Shown here: positions 48,274-62,401 of the stretch, in pieces
How the letters are laid out: each line of letters starts with the position of its first letter
Numbering within the stretch: the stretch's first letter is position 1
Assembly: GCA_012295275.1 (NCBI GenBank)
Contig: CM022665.1
Span: 5,704,001 to 5,768,000, forward strand
Direction: 5' to 3'
Source of the DNA: Chrysomallon squamiferum
Lineage: Eukaryota > Animalia > Mollusca
DNA length: 64,000 nt
Notes under the pieces: generated by a model
What the model was told of the DNA's origin: nothing
Database searches by the model: none
The model's input: only the letters and a program-made list of their open reading frames with translations
Made by a program: the position numbers and the translations under genes

Positions 48274-51200
48274 TAAATAAATAAATCCCCATTAACAGAT
48301 TAAGTCTTCAAACTGGATAAAACAGATTCTCAGAAAGTTATTTCATATACACGATTACTGAAATCTGACTTCCTATCACTGGTTTTAGTAGTTACTGAAC
48401 GGAATTCCATTCAGAGCTGTGGCTGATATCAAAGGTAAACATAAAGCGCTGTATTCTGTACCTTACATTTATTTAGCACTGATAAAATAATCTGTCCAAA
48501 AATTACGTAACAAATTAATACGACACAGGTGCGTATTTGTCCGTACACAGGGATACAAAATATATTGCGCAATACGTATTCTGTTATAATTTGAGACTAG
48601 ATAACCAAGTTAATATTATCTTATCTTGTCGTATTCCGCTTTGCCTTCTATTATTCAGTGACGTAATCAGACTTGTTATCAATACGATCGCCTTAGATAC
48701 AAAGTCCGACTCATTCTTGCAGAAACCGACAAGTGCGTAATACGTACGATAAGGCGCAAGATATTTCAAAACTTTAATACGTACATGCGTAAAAACATTT
48801 TTTCATTACATCCGTGCTCTGTTGTGATTGATTTTCTTCTGTTTCATATTAATTAACTTTTGCTTCACCTTCATTTCTTCTCCACTGACTAGGCTTTACT
48901 TTACTTCGGTTAATTTTGCTTCAGTTGACTGAAACTGGCTAAATGCTCCACATAAAATGAGGTTTACACGTTATAACAAATTTAAATATGTACGTATTAA
49001 ATTAATTATCATTTCACCGTGGATGATTTTTCTTAACGTGGTTGTGGTTTCTGCTTCATTTGTTATTACAGTCTGTGCTGTGGTGGTCGTCGTGGTGTTG
49101 ATGTGGTCATGTTTAGGATGGGCTCGTTTTCTTTTTTTTTTTTTTCATTGTATTCTATTCCTATTTTCTTCGCCACCGTTTCTGACAGAAATATAAACTT
49201 ATGGCTTCAAATTACAAGATCCGTTAACAAAACAGATCCCTCATGAGTATTATCTGTAAACGTGATACATCTAATGTCAACCGAGAAAGAAAACCCAACA
49301 CAGAAACAAACAAGTGAAAAACAAAGAACAAAGCTGACTGTTTCAAATCTGAGTTATTTGAATAATGTACATCTCACTGAAAAAAAAAAAAAAAAAAAAA
49401 AAAAAATGTCAGTCACCAAATACCAAGTTGATGTACTATTAAATTAAAGGGGACAAGTTCAGTAGTTTTGGGTACCAAATTTATATCCATTACTTCCATC
49501 TTTTTTCCTGTTTTCGTTTTGACTGTAAATGCTGAGAGGAGTTTAAGTGAATTTATGAAAAGAAACTTCTTTCATTTTTTTTTTTTTTTTTAAATTTTAT
49601 TTGCTAATATATATATAACTTAAAACGTTTATTCAGTAAATTCATTATTATAATTATTTTGTTTCCGACGTAATTTCCGAACAGAATGTAGGTCACAGCC
49701 GCTCTGACCTTGACAGACGTTTTTAATTTGTGTCGTAAACCCCGATGTTTACTCGTTCCTCGCCCAGTTCAAAGAGCTCACCAGACAATTTGTGCACCAC
49801 ACAGAGAAGGTCCGAGGACAATGGTCAAGTGCTCCAATTAATCTTACAGCACCCGGATTTTAAATCCAGCTTTTATGTCGATCCCGTGGTGAGGCAACAC
49901 CGGATGACCTCGCGACACGACCCCATCCCAGTAACCCGTAACCGACAAAGAGTTGTTAATGAGGTGCAAAGATGTGCATGGTTTGTTCACAAATACTTGC
50001 CAGTTCAATCGAGTCATCTTGATTTAATAACGAATTCTGTTTTTCTCTCATCGGTGGCTTTAATTTCGCACATTCCATTGATGAATGCCTCGTCCCCCGC
50101 TTCGGACCAGCTGGTCATCGTGTTAGATAGGCCATTAAGCTGACCTTTCAAGTCCAGTAGTAAAGACCTTTTGGAGACTGGTACGCTTTGTTTTCAAGTG
50201 ACGAGATTTCTTTCTCTTTCTTTTTTTTTTTTTTTTTTTTTTCTTTTTATGCTTGTGATTTCGTCTTAGATCTAAACCCAATGTCAGTTTAATTCAACAC
50301 CATCTTATTCAGTCAATATTGGCCTTACACAAAACTTTAGCTAACGTGATACGTTTTGTGTGGACTGTTACACTGTGAGAGGTTTTTGCCGTTCAGGTGT
50401 CTGTGTGTTTGTGTTATATCACCGAGACTGAAGGAAATACTTGTCATAAATAGATTTATTTTTATTTATTATTACTATTATTTATTATTATCATTATTTT
50501 TTTTTTTTATAATGTTATTAAAGTGAACCTAAACTATTAAGTCTATAATAACAGTAACAAAACTTTTAATACACACAAAACGTTTATAAAACCTCATAAA
50601 GGGATTATACCAACAGAACAGAAAGCAAATATCTGTTAAATAACTGACTTTTTTTATTTAACAGAAGAAGAATAAAATTTTATATTAATCTCCATAAAAA
50701 TTATTTCAAATACGTTCACTGCCATAACAGGCACCTTCAAAGGATGAAATAAAAAAATCAGAAAAATACGAAGAATAAAACAAGCATACATAAAACTCGC
50801 CTGGAAAATATCCTTCTTTGATAAGTTGTCTAGGCCTACTGAGAGAAGAGAGAGAGAAAAAAAAATATTAGACTTTTCCTTTAAACAACTACTCCGACAA
50901 GTACATGGTCGAAATGAATAAAATTTAATCTAAAAAAAACAAAACAACAACTACTGAACTAAAAAATACCTATTTAATGTTCCAGGTGTTTTAATTGTTA
51001 CAAGAAGTGATAATCGTTTTCTGTAATCGGGTTTTCTGAAGTACATGTATTTCCATGAATAAAGCAAAGGGTATTAAATATCCCTGTCTCCCGTTTAGGT
51101 CCTTAAACAAACATATCCTTTTCAGAGCCGTGTTTATCTGTTTATTAACATAATCAAACTAATAATCTGGTATATTTAATGACATCGTTTTTTTTCATCT

Positions 51201-52427
51201 TGCAACATAAAATAGTTTCACGATAAATCTTATTAATGAATTTTATTAAACAATCAATTTTTTGGCTTTGTTATACTACAACATTTTGAGTGTTGAGAAC
51301 AGTCGTGGGAAACTGAATGGCACACGAAAGTTAACGAGGAAATTTTGTATAAAACATTTTTTCTTTCTTTCTTTCTTTTTTTTTCTTTTTTTAAAATTTT
51401 TGTTGTTGTTGTTGTGCGGCCATGTCTTATGGGGCTTTCTTCTTGAAAAAGATCGTCCAAGCCTTGTTTAGACGTCAAGCAACATATCCATATTTCAACT
51501 TCTGACAAAATCAAAGTTAAAGCTTTTCGGGTTATCTATAAAATCAGGTTGTTTGTACCATCTTCGATCATATGAGGTTTTTTACTCAAATAAAATAAAG
51601 AGAATCTTCTAGAAATGAACAGGTTCTGTTCCGAGCGCTCGTTCGTAATTTCATTAGTTTGTAAATGCAACATATATACCCAGATAGGTTTTTTTTTACA
51701 ATACTGTACTATACGTAAGTGAACATCGAGAAACCTAGAGCTGTATTTATTGTAAATAATACGTGAATACAGGAAAAAAACACATCCTGGACCCAAATTT
51801 TAAAAAGAAAGAAGCAAATAAACAAAAATTAAAAATAAATAAATAAATAAAGTACAGTTAATAATAATTTGAATAACAATCGTGCTAAATTTCGACATCA
51901 TGGTAATTTCTCAGCAGGAATGTTTGTCTGAAGAGGACTCGCTGTACGCTAGAGAACATAATTAAGATTGCAATTTTTATATGGCGTGTTCGGTTTCTAC
52001 TTAGTTAAAACAGAAACACAATTTAAGAAGAACAGTTAATTATTTTGATAGACAGAAAAATACTTCTTGCTGTCAGTTTCAGGTGTGCTGCTCCTCTTTA
52101 TGCACACGTGTGGTAAACTGATATTTTGAAATGTCTGACATTTAGAAAGTTGATGCTGATCTGTTTACGGAAACAGAACGTTCTTGCATCTCAGATTCCA
52201 CCATTTTTTTCCTCAAGTTTCACCGCCATTTTCAGAATGTCAAACAATGCCGCTGTTTACATCACCGAGGTTTTTATTTTATTGGTGGTATTGTTTTTAT
52301 TCTTTTTTTTGTTTGTTTTTGTTTTGTTTTAATCAAAGAGTTAATTAGTACTTGATACTGTAATTTTGAACCCATATTGTTATCTACAGTTATATGCTGA
52401 ACATTATATGTGCTAATCTGGGGTGTT

Positions 52428-52482
<55 letters not shown>

Positions 52483-53405
52483 TTGCTGGTTATTTTTCTC
52501 TTGTTGCCTTGATGATTATGCTAGTTTTCTTTCTTTCGCCTTCCTGTCATCAGTTAGATTATTGTTTCTTTCTAAACGGAACAATAAAAACGAAGGAAAA
52601 ATAGAAGAAATAAAAATATATTAGATCATTTGAAGTTCTCATGTATGAAAACACCTTTAACCAATTTTTTTTTTAATTTTTTTTTTTATTTTTCATTGTT
52701 GTCGTTGTTGTATGACTCCATTAGTAAATATTAAAAAGGTATTTTATTATAAACTGCCAAACAAACACACTACAGGAATTCGGTTAATGCTCCGCGGCAT
52801 GGCATGTCTATTAATAAACGACCCGGATCAGTCGAAAAGTCAATATTTGTACGAAACTGTGCTTACGTACTGCTGCATTTTCCGATTTATGTCGATACTT
52901 TTTATCCTTAATACCGCTTCGACATTTCCACTCTGCTGAATTCAGTGCAAACGTTGTCTCCGCCGTCAAATTATTAGTAAAGAGGTTTCGCGTGGATTTG
53001 TCGTAAAGCTCTTTCGGATTAAAACACAATAATCGTATGTCGACATTAATGGCATAGTTTTGGCGATTAGTGGTTACGTAAAATAGCGAATGTCTCCGTT
53101 CGGACACGATTATTGTGTTTCGTACATTAGACATCGCGGTGATACCTATTACAGAAGTATTAATATACCAATCCAGCCATGCATGTCCACCCTTTCTGCT
53201 GTTAATATATGAAATATACACACATTATGCCCCAGAGTCAAAACGAACAGGTCAGTGGTTTGACTCGATGTTTACGTATTACAAGCCAGAGTGTCTGGAT
53301 GATCTAGATGATATAACCGCACATATGTAAATGTTTAAATACTAGTATTTATAATCTTAATGTTTCGATCTTGTGAGACGTGTTTTGTCGAGAATAGAAT
53401 TAGAG

Positions 53406-53408
<3 letters not shown>

Positions 53409-53495
<87 letters not shown>
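53409..53495. repeat. (GA)n microsatellite
   Basis: Perfect run. Confidence 0.98.
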
Positions 53496-53496
<1 letters not shown>

Positions 53497-54398
53497 ATAA
53501 ACTTGGCAGCTTTTTTTTTATCGCGCTTCATGAAGTTTTTGTTTTCATTCAAAATTACCGATTATCTATGACATAAACTTTTTAAAAAATGTGTATTTAA
53601 TTAAAAAAATTGAAAATTAATGATTCACAACACATCAACAACAACAAAACAACAACAACTAAAAAAGGTTTCAAGAAAAATGAATACGAATGAAATGTAG
53701 GAAATAATATTTTAAGACGTGTGGCGACCTTGTGTGTTTCCGTTGGGCACCAATTAACAAACGGAAACCTACGAGCATTAACGTCTACTTTCGTCAGTTT
53801 TCATTTTAGCATATTAACATATTAGCAGCATCTCTCGTGAGTCTTGTGATTGAGTTATCTGTCATGATTAAGTAACATTAATATGTGTCACCCTGTAGAA
53901 TGTGACAGGTAACGTAACAGCACTGAACATTGCGTGGAATTCCGAAATGACACGACAGCAATAATTCCCAAGTGAATCTGGTACAGCAAGCCAGCCTGCA
54001 AACTGTACTCAGGTACGGTGATGTACAAGCGAGCTGATATCATAATAATAATATATGTTAATACGTTGTTCCTTGCTACAGCACGGTTAGTCGTGTTGTG
54101 TCAATTCAATTACGAACTAAAACGGAAACGCCTGTCGCTAAGTGCATTTTCTATTAGGACCGAAGATCGTTTGTTAGTAAGCCTACTAATTTCAGTTTCA
54201 TTTTCTGTCAGATGGTGTTTATTTGATAAATAGACTTTCAGAAGATTTGTTTCGTGTAACGTTGTAACATGTTCTTCTAAACGTATTATATAACTCGGAA
54301 CAGACCGTTTTTATTTAAGGAAGAAAGTTTTTTGTATGTAAATAAAACTTATTGACAAATTTTTGCGATTGAAATAAGAATTAAAGTAATTATCTTTG

Positions 54399-54566
<168 letters not shown>

Positions 54567-54879
54567 GGATATTTATATAAGTTGAAGAAAAAATGTTCAA
54601 GTTAAGTAAAATATTTCATATTTATATTTCCCATATTTTATTAGTATTGATGTACACTTGCGAATTCATTGTCTGGAATATCTGACATTTTCAAAGACTA
54701 CACTGATCCCGGGAAACACAGTGTTTTTCTTTATCAGATTTTATAACCTTTATCTCCATTTTCAGAACGTGAAACAATGGAGTCATTTTATTTGTCTTCA
54801 AAAAAAAAAAAAAAAACGTGAGCTCACTCGGACTAATTTGTTTTCCGCGTTCTCGTGATACCGAAACCAAACTTGCTCT

Positions 54880-55312
54880 TCCCTGAAAGCTCCCTTTTTT
54901 CCTCCCTTCCCCCTTAAAAACCTCCCCTAAGACAACAAACTGTGGCAGATCGCACACCGAGGTACCCAACACGGCGCTTCACACAGTCCATTCCCCTCGA
55001 TTCGTTTCAGACAATCAGGATTCGCTGGCCAGACTCGCTGGACCTTCGGTGTATGAAAACAAACACTTGATGAGGTGTGTGGCATGGCTCCGCCCACCGC
55101 CAGGTAAATGCCAGCTCTCCTTTCAAGCGTGATCTCATTGTCGTGCTGAACCAAGACAATGGGTCAACATTCAATGGCCAAGTCTTTCGAGAAGACTAGT
55201 ATTTTTAGTAACTAAAGGATACCACTGAAAGTTTTCTTTTTCTTTTCGATCAGAAATCTTCGATACGTTTTTTTTTTTTAAGGATAATTACTTTACTCCT
55301 GCAGTTTCTCGA
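54880..55312 (+). promoter_or_regulatory. Candidate promoter and non-coding first exon of the downstream gene
   Basis: GC-rich block with GC box CTCCGCCCA (55088), Inr-like TCATTG (~55135) and donor GA|GTAAGT at 55312/55313; second possible donor CAG|GTAAAT at 55103. Confidence 0.5.
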
Positions 55313-56361
55313 GTAAGTATAATTATTGATATTTCTTTTTAAAAAAATAATTTTTATATGTGATTCGTTTGCTTGGTACAAGTTTGATTTGTCATGTTTC
55401 TGTTAGATCTTAATTGTCATTGTTTGATGTTAATTTTAATTTTATTGATGATAATAAGATTGTGTGTATATAATAGTATATTTATACATTTTAAAGGGTT
55501 CGCAATTAATTATCCAAAATATTTCGAATTAATTATCGATAGTTCACTATATTTTTGTTTTTAGATATAGGATTATATACATATGCATATATATAAAACA
55601 TTATTGTTAATTCACAGAGTAGTTTATGTTAATACATTATTGTTAATTCTAATAAAAGTTCGTATTAGTATATCATTATTACATAAAAAATGATTTATCT
55701 TAATGCATTATTATTATTAATTCACGTAACAGTTTAAGTTAATCGTCTGATACATTACACAACACAGTCTGTACACTCACGCAGATTATTGCTTTGTCTC
55801 GGTTTAACTTAAATTAACAGGGACGGTCAGCACAGCAGTTGTTTATAAACTCTTAGTGCTACAGCGAATTATTTATTCATTTTTCTGTCGTCTTTTTTTT
55901 TTCTTTTCTTTTATGATTGAAGATGTTAGGTCTATTTTTTTCGTTATACGATAACTTACCAACAGTTTTAATTACGCTTAATTTTATTCAAATGTTTTTC
56001 GAGTAAATGTATATCCCAGTATTGCAGGTTGTGTAATAAGTTATAACGACAAGACTTCGGACTGTTTTAAATGTTTTGAACAAAGGACACACAGTATATT
56101 CAGTTCTGAAGTTGTGAAAATTTTACCAGATATTCTTTGGTTCTAAAAGCTACGGTAATACAAGGAAGGTGATGTACTTTAAAATACAAGGAAGGTGATG
56201 TGCTTTAAAATACCTCCGACCTCCGACTTATTTTCTGTATAACGAATTTCGTATCGTATCGTTTCGTTTGGTGAAATTCTTGGTATCTCTCTGTTTTGTC
56301 ATCTGATACTGAATTTTAAGTCCGAGACAACAGCGAGAAGAAACCAGATATCATTTAAGAA

Positions 56362-56392
<31 letters not shown>

Positions 56393-56697
56393 GTTTTGAT
56401 GCTAGAGCGTGAAAGTATCTTTCTGATCAAACAGTATTTACAGCCAAACAGTAACGATAACTTTTAAAACAGAAATAACTTTTGTATGTATACAAAATTA
56501 AAAGGTGCGCGAACCCAAACGTAAATACATTACGATTATTTATCTGGTTTTAATGTAATAAGTGGGTCATCCAGAATACGTAACTTAATCATACTCCTTA
56601 AACTTTGCTCTCTGAACGAAGGAACTTGAAACAGACGAAACTCTGCTGTATAATTTTGAGTGATTTAAATTTTCCTCTTTGTGTATGACTTTTGGTA

Positions 56698-56735
<38 letters not shown>

Positions 56736-57269
56736 AGCGCACACTCATTTTAACAAATGACTCTCTTCAGTTCACTGATCTTAAACATAGTGAAAAGTTG
56801 AAAGGTGTGTATCCTCATTTATCAAAATATATGTCAGCACTCCACAAACCCGCCCTCATGCAGTTTCGTTCATCCATGCAAGCATTCTTTAGCTGAATGA
56901 ACTCCATTATAAATAAGTGTATGTGTCTGTGCGTATGTGTACCTGGGTGTGTACGTGTGGGTGTGTGTGTGTGTGTGTGCGCGCGCGCGCGTTTATGTAG
57001 AGGAAGACATGTAAGAAATTAACCTGTACATTCATTCAGTGAAACAACACGTAACAGGTACAATTAATTCATCTGTTACATATAATCTGATACACTCTGC
57101 GTGATTCGAGCTGTACCATGATTTATGTTTCTCTCTCAGTTGCGTGTCAGTGAACGAGTTGTTTAGAAATACACGGGATATCACGTAACAGGAATTCAAT
57201 ACTTAAACAGGCCACAGTGAGACGCTAACTGATCATGTTACTGTTTGTGTACAAGTGTTGCTGCTGATT

Positions 57270-57985
57270 TAACATACTACTGTTTATACAGTAATAATTT
57301 TATTTTAACTCTTTATACAGTTATTACTTTTGTTTTAACTCTTTATACAGTTATTACTTTTGTTTTAATGTATGACTACTATAATATTTCTTAGCTTTAC
57401 TCCTGTCACTGCAGATATTATGTGTAACTCTCACAACATTTATGACTATTACTGTTATTTTAATGTATTACTATTACAGTTCTTAGTTTTAGCACGGTAA
57501 CAATTACTACAGTTATTACTATTACTTTTAGTTTAAAATATATTATTATTAGTTTTTAGGTCTACTACAGCTACTGTTATTTAAGTAACTGTTGATATAA
57601 TTATTACTACTGCTGTATATTCTGTTGTAATTATTGTTACCACTAAACTTTCTATTTCTATAGTTACTTCTGTTAGTATAGTTATTACTATTACTAAAAA
57701 TTATGATGCTCCTGTATAATGAACATTTTTTCTACCACTGTTACTGCACTACTACTGCTAGCTACTTCTACTACAACTGCTATACTACTGCTGCTACGAC
57801 TACTTCTTCTACTTCACTACCACGAGCAAGAGCTGCTATCTCTGCTGTTTTACCTTTTATTTCACTACTGATACAGTTTCTACGACTGTGACCGATGCTG
57901 CTAATTTTACAACTTCTGCTACAACCGACATAACTACTTTGAATATTGCTAATACAACTATTATAACTGCTACTAGTACTTCTAA
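57270..57985. repeat. Degenerate (TAC/TAT)-rich low-complexity region, including a 30-bp tandem duplication at ~57303-57366
   Basis: TTTTAACTCTTTATACAGTTATTACTTTTG x2 and many TACTAC variants. Confidence 0.7.
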
Positions 57986-58364
57986 TATAAGATCATTTCG
58001 CGGTTTGATGAAGCAAGTTTGGATATAACAAACTGTAGGTTTTTTCTTTTTTGTTTATTGTAAGAGCTTCTTAAAGTATACCGGGGTGTCTAGAATGAAA
58101 AATGTCTTCTGTGAAATACAGTGTTAAATTTTGAGATCGTTAAGTGTGCAAAGCAAAATTCTGTTTTGGTCTAGATCATTACCTTCGGAAAAGGCGGTAT
58201 CCTTTTTCTTATGTTTAAGTTTGTTGTTTAAATAAGCATAGTATTTAAGAAATGCCGATCATTCATATACCAGAAGTTTTATTTGCTGATCACCCAAATC
58301 GTCATCTGTACACTCTTTTATTTATTTTTATTTTTTTTATTTATTTAATTTTAATTTATTTATT

Positions 58365-58405
<41 letters not shown>

Positions 58406-60056
58406 AATCCAGAAATTAAAAAAAAAAAAATTAAAAAAAATTAAAAAAACACTTTCTTCTAACATTTTCGCCTGAGAAATAACTGAACGCATAGCTTGTT
58501 ACGGGTCATGTTATGTCATTCATTTACTAGTCTTCTTTTCCAAGGCCACGGTGTGAAAAGAAATTCTTGGTCCTTTCATGGCTTTGTAAAAACATATCTT
58601 AATATGATCTCTGTGTGGGTGAGCGATTCACACTTTTTTTTTTTTTACCATAGTATCTTCAAATGATCGTTCGAGCTCAGGTTTCCTGATACGTTTATGT
58701 AGAGTTGTTAGACTGTAAAGTGTAACAGCTCACGAATTACAAGTGCTGTCTGCAGTTTGTCTGTGGTTACATCTGCGTACTGTGTCGACCTGCCACAAGA
58801 TCGTCCTCTGTGTTTGATTCTGTTAGAACTTACTGTGTATTGCTGATTCTTTGATAATCTTCTTCTTCCGTTACTTCTACTATTACCAATACCGCTACTG
58901 ATATTACTGTATGACTGTATGACTACCGCTTCTACTGCTACTTTACTACTACTTAAAACTACTACTACTACTACTACTACAACGTCTACTACCACCATCA
59001 TTATCACCACTATTGTTAATACTATGTTCTATTTCTAATAGTGTTAATAATAATTAATAAAATGTCTGCAAAGCTTCTGTTGCAGTTAACAATATACTAC
59101 TTTTTTTTTTACAACCTACCACCATCTGATGCTTTTGTTCTGTTATGTTCTGCTGTTGTTATTTGTAAAACTTCCACATCTTCTTCAGTGTTATACTTTT
59201 TTTTCTTGATTCTTTATGAACGTGTCATAAAAACTGAACGGTAAGTTCCGAAATGAACGAATATTTGTTTTTAATGAGACTTTAACTCAGTTTAATATTA
59301 ACGCTTGTTAGATATATTTTTTTTCTTAGTTTATCATGAAAGAGAAAATCTGATGACGCCATTTTATAGGGTGCGGGGTATCGTGAAAGATATTTTCAAA
59401 ACGAAGTCTGGAGTTTCAACCAGTAACTCTACCTTTCTACGCATTTATTTAACACCAAACGTATTGACTCACAAACCAAATGTTATAAATAGTTTATATT
59501 TCAAGACCAACAGTCCTATTTATTTAAATAAAACATGGGCTTTTAAAAAGATTTAGATTTTAACTGTTTTCTAAATTAGTATTCAACCTCCGGTTAAACT
59601 GATGTAGCAAGCACACAACACAAAGGTTAAATTATAGTTCAGTATTTCGACAGAAATGTTTTCTGTGGTGTATTTTCTATTTGACAAACATTACGTACAT
59701 TATGCATAGCATTAATAGGATCTTAAGAAAGTAAACGTAAAAGCTTACTTCTAATACTTTGTTACAAGATATTATCATGTTTCAGTACAAGATATCATGA
59801 TTTCAATAATTACTGGTTCTAGCTTTGCTCTTTTTTTTTTCGTTACAGTCTTGTACTGACATCACGTTCCATTATTATTTATGATAAGTATCTTCCCTCA
59901 GCAGCATAAGTTTCAAAAAATAAATAAACACAAGTATAAAAAGTACGTTCATTTTTTTAGAAGTATAAAAATTATATTGCCTCAAACTCAGATGAACAGG
60001 CTTTATTCAAAAAGATTTTTCTTCTTTTTCTTCTTCTTTTATATATATATATATAT

Positions 60057-60091
<35 letters not shown>

Positions 60092-60385
60092 TTTTATAAG
60101 TTTATTATTGTTTTCTTCTAAGCCCGTATTTATGACACAACCCATAAAACCGTTAACAGTTAGCCAACCGTGGCTACGAGCTTTCTATGGGGGATAATTA
60201 CAAAACTCGTCACGTGAACTCAGAATCTTACCTGTTTGGTCACGGTGTGTGAACTTGCTCAGGTGTTTCGGATTTGTTTATTTACCTGTACTGTTTAAGT
60301 AAAGATTGAAATACAATACAAACTGTTTTCAGTTTATTTCATCTTATACGTTGTTTTTTTTTTTTTTTTTTATTTTTTACTTCAG

Positions 60386-60457
60386 GTGATTACAAAATTT
60401 GACTGGAGGCTTCGTTTTATTTCTGTGGAGATTACGAAAAGTGAAGTATGGGTCAAG
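60386..60457 (+). CDS. Start-codon exon of the second gene (5' UTR 60386-60447; coding 60448-60457, M-G-Q-)
   Basis: Long T tract plus ttcag|g acceptor, perfect donor AAG|GTAAGT, Kozak-like agtATGg with an in-frame TGA at 60442; phase 1 matches the next exon. Confidence 0.82.
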
Positions 60458-60842
60458 GTAAGTTAATTGTTTTTGGTTTTTTTTTAAAAAAATGTTTACT
60501 GTTTTAGTGTTACCTGTGGAGAAAAAAACGTCTGTTGATATAGGGATATAAAGTTTACTTCTTTCACTAAAATATTTTACCGTGATATACATTCTTAACA
60601 TTGTTTTAATTAACTCTGATTTACAAAGACATTAACGTTACCTTTTAAAACTCAAATTTCTAAATCTACATTGTATCTCAAAAATAATTAAGTATTGCGT
60701 TAAATTAACATTTAGTTTTCTTACAAACACTAATTAAAATACGATATTTTTTTAATGTTTTGAAATAGAGTGTAATTTATTTATTTTTCTTAATTTAAAT
60801 TCAGGTATTCATATTTCCTTGTTTTATATGTCCGTGTGTGTA

Positions 60843-60901
<59 letters not shown>

Positions 60902-61836
60902 CTATTTATAAGATCGTAAAAGCAGACACAGAGAGAGCGAGAGTTAGGGTAGGAAATTTAAATATATTACTAACAGACTGAGGTTTTTCTTTCTATAATT
61001 TCAATATTTATTTAAATGGAAGTTTTACATTATTACCTTTATCATCATCATTACCATATGATGATAATCATCATTACCAATCATTATCGCGATATATCCT
61101 TGACGAATAACCATTAAGTGTACCATCTCGGTCTAATACAAATTCAAATATCTCATGAACAACGTTTAAAAACTGAATCTTTTACTCACGTTAACAATTT
61201 AATTATCAAACAGCCAGTATTAAAATAATCGAACAACTTCTAATCAGTAATTTATTTCTGTCCAACAATTCATTAATGGCGTCCGTTTTCAGGCCAGACT
61301 TCCCAACTGCTTTGTCTCCTCTCTCTCTCTCTCTCTCTGCCATATATAATAGGATTAATTGCGCTGTTACGTAAGCGTTCATTTACAGTCTGTAATGAAG
61401 TGTAAGTATGAAGCGGCTGTTTTTGGTAGCCCACGAACAGATGTGTGTGTGTGTGTGGGGTGTCTGGAATGCGCGAGGTCACGGCACAGTAGGTGGGCTG
61501 TGATCGCTGATGCTGCTGGCTTGTATTCTGTTTCACGTCGCTGCCTCTTTCAACTGAGCACCCAGCTGTGTAGGATCGTGTAGGACGTAGTAGCTGCTGC
61601 GTACAATGGACGTTGGCGTCGTGCCACGTTGGGTGGATGGATGGAACAGCATTTTTTTTTTTTTTTTATTTTATTTTTTTTTTTTGTTTACATTTGCCTT
61701 GTAAAACGAGGAAATACACCTCAGCTTCATGATGATTTTCGTTTTGATATACATGTACAATCACGCCTGTGAGGAAAGATAATGTAAAAGATGGGTTTGC
61801 CACATCATGCATCATCTTTCTGTGGTTTTCGTTCTC

Positions 61837-61870
<34 letters not shown>

Positions 61871-62329
61871 CTTTTCTTTATAATTCTCTTCATGAATGAA
61901 CCACAAATGTCGGTCACATTTTATAGAAGACTTTTTTGTTTAGTTTTTCGTTGTTTTCACACGTACATCTTTTGTCTTCTATACAATTCAAATTAATTTC
62001 TTAAACAAAGTATTTTTTTTAATAGAATCTGAAACCTGTTTGTTAAAATGAGTCGTTCATCTTATAATGTTTATTTGTTTTTTTGTTTGTTTTTTTGGAT
62101 GCGCAGTTCGACAACCATTAATCAAAAATAAAATAACAAAAACAAAACTCACTTGTATAATGTACAAGTATATACAGTTTAATTTGGCAAGTTTTACTGT
62201 ATAATTTCCTTATAAATAAACCGTGAACACTATAAACTTTTGTGATGTGGCCAAAGATTTCAGACTTGAAATGTATTTGATTTCATTTCAGTTATCTTTG
62301 AATACCCACCCTGTTGTTGTTGTTGTTGT

Positions 62330-62401
<72 letters not shown>

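Noticed and set aside
49745-50143. 132-aa plus-strand ORF in a GC-rich island
   Set aside because: No recognisable motif or convincing splice sites; ORF length is explicable by local GC content
52811-53221. 136-aa minus-strand ORF in a CpG-rich block
   Set aside because: No recognisable domain, transposase motif or element termini
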